Shown here in pieces: positions 56,428-59,116 of a DNA stretch of 59,116 bases. The position numbers and the translations under genes were made by a program. Under the pieces are notes generated by a model. It ran no database searches and was not told the DNA's origin. It worked only from the letters and a program-made list of their open reading frames with translations. Position 1 is the first letter of the stretch. Every line of letters starts with the position of its first letter. The DNA lies in NCBI GenBank assembly GCA_030528905.1, contig JAUMXZ010000001.1, positions 1 through 59,116 of the forward strand, read 5' to 3'. Origin of the DNA: Clostridia bacterium (GTDB lineage Bacteria; Bacillota; Clostridia; Oscillospirales; Acutalibacteraceae).

Positions 56428-59116
56428 TTGTTAAGTATTATTACATCAACAACAGATAAAATTTTAACAGAGTACATAAAAGATAAGCTTAAAAGCTTGG
56501 AAAGAGATAAAACAATACTTATTGTTCCCGAACAATGTTCATTTCAAACAGAACAAACAATGCTTAATCTGCTTTCAGAGCAGGAGGCAAATAAATTAAC
56601 AGTAGTCAGCTTTAAAAGATTAACTAATCTTGTTTTTGAAAAAACAGGATTTCCAAAGGGAGAGAGAATAGACGATATTACGCAGAATATAATGATTCAT
56701 ATGTGTTTTAAAAAGCTTAGCGGAAGGCTTAATGTTTACTCAAAATATGCTGATAATATAGAATTTATAAATATGACAAGAGATATTATATCTGAGTTTA
56801 AAAAATCGAATATAACAGCTGATGAGCTTATAGATGCGGCAAATGAGCTTTATGGTACTGAGCTTGGAGATAAAACAGAAGAAATAGCGCTTATCTATGA
56901 AACTTACCGGGCACTTCTTGAGAATAAATATACAGATGCGCTTGATGATTTGAGTATAGTTTATAATAAGCTTCTAAACTACAATTTTTTTAGTAAGAAA
57001 AATGTCATAATAAATTCTTTTTCAGGCTTTACAATACAGGAACTTAACATTATAAAACTGATAATAAAGCAGGCAAAAGATGTCTTTATTACATTGCCGT
57101 CAGATAAGAAAAATAAAAACAACTACAGCAGTCTTTTCAGGGCAGTAGAAAGCACTAAAAAAAGGCTTAAAAAATTTGCTGAAGATGAGGGTGTTGAAAG
57201 TGAAGAAATTTTCATAGAAGACAGTAAAATTGAAGTATCAGAAAATTTGAGTTTCTTAACAGAAAATGTTTTCAGAAATAACGCTGTTTACAGCCTTGAT
57301 ACACCTGAAAACATAAAAATATATAAAGCACAGGATATATATGATGAAATAAATTATGTCGCAATGATGATATGCAGCGAGATAGAAAGCGGATTAAGAT
57401 ATAAGGATATATCCGTGCTTTTGAGAAATGAAGAAGACTATAGCGGAATAATAGAAAATATATTTGATAAATACGATATTCCATATTTTATGGATAAAAG
57501 AAAACATATAAACACTAATCCGCTTATGAGTATGGTGTTGTCGCTTTTTGATATCGTTACTAAAAGATACAAAACAGACGACATAATGAAGTATTTAAAA
57601 ACAGGTTTAGCGGGGATAAGCACTCAGGATATTGCGCTTCTTGAGAATTATGTGTTTGTCTGGAGTATGGATAATGAAAATTGGTTTTACGATTTTTCTA
57701 ATAATCCGGCAGGATTCTCAGATAAATTTACAGATAGGCAAAAGGAAAATTTAGAAAAAATAAACCGGATAAGAAGACAGGTTATAGAACCGGTAAAGGA
57801 GTTTGAAAGGGCGATAAAAAAGGCGCCTGACGGTGCTGAAATGACGAAAATATTATACCGTTTTTTAGAAGAAATAAATGTTACAGGCAGTATAGCAGCT
57901 TGTGCTGAAAATCTTTATAGTACGGGCTTTGAGATGAAAGCAGAAGAGGATTTACGGCTATGGGAAATATTTTTGCAGATTTTAGATAAATTATATGAAT
58001 TGTTAAAAGATGTAAAGGTGAGCATAGAGGAGTTTTATAAAATTCTGAATATAGCAATTTCTACTCAGGAAATATCATTTATCCCGCAAAATATAGACAG
58101 AGTAGATGTTATATCCGTTCAAAGAATGGGTATGTCTGACAGAAAGGCTGCTTTTATTATAGGCGCTAATGAATCAGAGTTTCCGAAAGATATGAACAAC
58201 AACGGCTTGCTTTCAAACTTTCAAAGAGAAAAACTCATAGCTTTAGGGTTATCTATAAACAATCTTGACAAGCTTTGTGCTGAAGAAGAACTTTTGGTAT
58301 ATAAAACTTTGTGCGTTCCAAGAGAAAAATTATATGTATCATATACAACAGAGGACTTAAAAGGTGAGGAAAAAACAGAATCTGTTATTGTAAGAGAAAT
58401 AAAAAGAATTTTCCCAAAATCAGAAGTTATAAAAATAAATGATATAGATTATAAAACATTCATAAGGAAGAAAAAACCTGCTTTTGAGCTTTTAGCACGA
58501 AATTGGCACAAAAAAGATAAGATTTTTAACAGCTTAAAGGAATTTTATAAAAATGATGAGGAATATAAAGATAAGTTTGATAAGCTTAACAGGTTAATAA
58601 AAGGCAGAAATTTAACATTTATTGATAGTAAGAATTCAAAAGACTTTTTTGGGAATAATTTTAAACTCTCAGCATCTCAGATAGAATTGTATCACAGATG
58701 CAGATTTGCTTATTTTTGTAAATATGGCTTGAAGATCAAGAAAAGAAAAAAGGCCGAAGTGGACGCTTTAGAATACGGAAGCTTGATACACTATGTTTTA
58801 GAACAAATGCTTAAAAATAATGATGTCGAAGAAATTACAACAATGGGCTACAAAAAACTCGAAGCCAAAGTTGAAAAAGTAATGATGAATTATGTTAATA
58901 CTAATCTTATCGGAATTGACAGAGAAGATAAACAAATACTGTTTTATTTTAAAAGATGGATTTATACAGCAACTTTACTTGTTTTGAATGTGGCAAGAGA
59001 TTTATGTGATAATGATTTTACTGCAGTTGATTTTGAACTTGCAATAGCTAAAGGTCAGGACATTGAGGCTTTTGAACTAAAAGGAGAAAATGATGAGAAA
59101 ATAATAGTAGAGGGTA
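56428..59116 (+). CDS. addB: Helicase-exonuclease AddAB subunit AddB/RexB (3' end beyond window; not in ORF track)
   Basis: The frame stays open from TTG 56428 (stop TGA at 56419-56421 just upstream, AGGGTG SD at 56413-56418) to the window end. It contains ILIVPEQCSFQTEQ and LSASQIELYHRCRFAYFCKYGL...EYGSLIHYVLE, which are AddB N-terminal and nuclease/Fe-S domain patterns. Confidence 0.85.
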   Translation, partial: MLSIITSTTDKILTEYIKDKLKSLERDKTILIVPEQCSFQTEQTMLNLLSEQEANKLTVVSFKRLTNLVFEKTGFPKGERIDDITQNIMIHMCFKKLSGRLNVYSKYADNIEFINMTRDIISEFKKSNITADELIDAANELYGTELGDKTEEIALIYETYRALLENKYTDALDDLSIVYNKLLNYNFFSKKNVIINSFSGFTIQELNIIKLIIKQAKDVFITLPSDKKNKNNYSSLFRAVESTKKRLKKFAEDEGVESEEIFIEDSKIEVSENLSFLTENVFRNNAVYSLDTPENIKIYKAQDIYDEINYVAMMICSEIESGLRYKDISVLLRNEEDYSGIIENIFDKYDIPYFMDKRKHINTNPLMSMVLSLFDIVTKRYKTDDIMKYLKTGLAGISTQDIALLENYVFVWSMDNENWFYDFSNNPAGFSDKFTDRQKENLEKINRIRRQVIEPVKEFERAIKKAPDGAEMTKILYRFLEEINVTGSIAACAENLYSTGFEMKAEEDLRLWEIFLQILDKLYELLKDVKVSIEEFYKILNIAISTQEISFIPQNIDRVDVISVQRMGMSDRKAAFIIGANESEFPKDMNNNGLLSNFQREKLIALGLSINNLDKLCAEEELLVYKTLCVPREKLYVSYTTEDLKGEEKTESVIVREIKRIFPKSEVIKINDIDYKTFIRKKKPAFELLARNWHKKDKIFNSLKEFYKNDEEYKDKFDKLNRLIKGRNLTFIDSKNSKDFFGNNFKLSASQIELYHRCRFAYFCKYGLKIKKRKKAEVDALEYGSLIHYVLEQMLKNNDVEEITTMGYKKLEAKVEKVMMNYVNTNLIGIDREDKQILFYFKRWIYTATLLVLNVARDLCDNDFTAVDFELAIAKGQDIEAFELKGENDEKIIVEG

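Noticed and set aside
1-59116. I looked for tRNA, rRNA, CRISPR repeats, IS/transposase, integrase, toxin-antitoxin and defence-system genes.
   Set aside because: Every intergenic gap over 60 nt was read. None shows tRNA T-loop/acceptor features or repeat-spacer periodicity, and none of the ORFs carries mobile-element or defence signatures. The window is core chromosome.

Overview
Low-GC Firmicutes/Clostridia-type chromosomal window made up almost entirely of core genes. I saw no rRNA, tRNA, CRISPR array, transposase or phage genes.

Gene order (+ strand unless noted):
- uppS (5' partial)-cdsA-dxr, then a terminator.
- rseP-ispG-polC-hisZ-hisG-hisD-hisC-hisB-(hisA::hisI fusion)-hisE-like-hisE-yhhQ-like-purO-like-ACT-UPF0210, then a terminator.
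- A strong promoter with a ~300-nt structured leader.
- The S10/spc/alpha ribosomal cluster, rpsJ to rplQ, including secY, adk, map, infA, rpmJ (absent from the ORF track) and rpoA.
- A malic enzyme gene.
- A six-gene putative H2-sensing regulatory operon: DRTGG, anti-sigma-type kinase, H-cluster-like sensor, DRTGG, degenerate ADP-ribosylglycohydrolase-fold protein, PHP.
- hydC-HATPase-ferredoxin-hydB-hydA, a HydABC-type [FeFe] hydrogenase.
- rpoB-rpoC with their own consensus promoter.
- On the - strand: DUF378, nth and a class A PBP.
- addB, which is open to the window end and also absent from the ORF track.

Most notable observations:
1. PolC has the PolC-specific architecture but lacks the ~190-aa internal DEDDh proofreading exonuclease domain. 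A 14-aa linker replaces it.
2. The hydrogenase-linked sensory/partner-switch-like operon carries an embedded, translationally coupled ARH-fold pseudoenzyme. An 18-bp Rex-geometry palindrome lies over its promoter.
3. The S10 operon is preceded by a long leader with a 10-bp helix, a boxA-like CGCTCTTTA and an internal intrinsic terminator. This suggests attenuation, possibly involving S10/NusE.
4. The his operon has an in-frame hisA-hisI fusion, no hisH/hisF, and a degenerate extra hisE paralog.

Several ORF-track starts were moved to SD-supported starts. TTG and GTG starts are frequent. All functional calls come from reading the translations by eye; no database search was possible.
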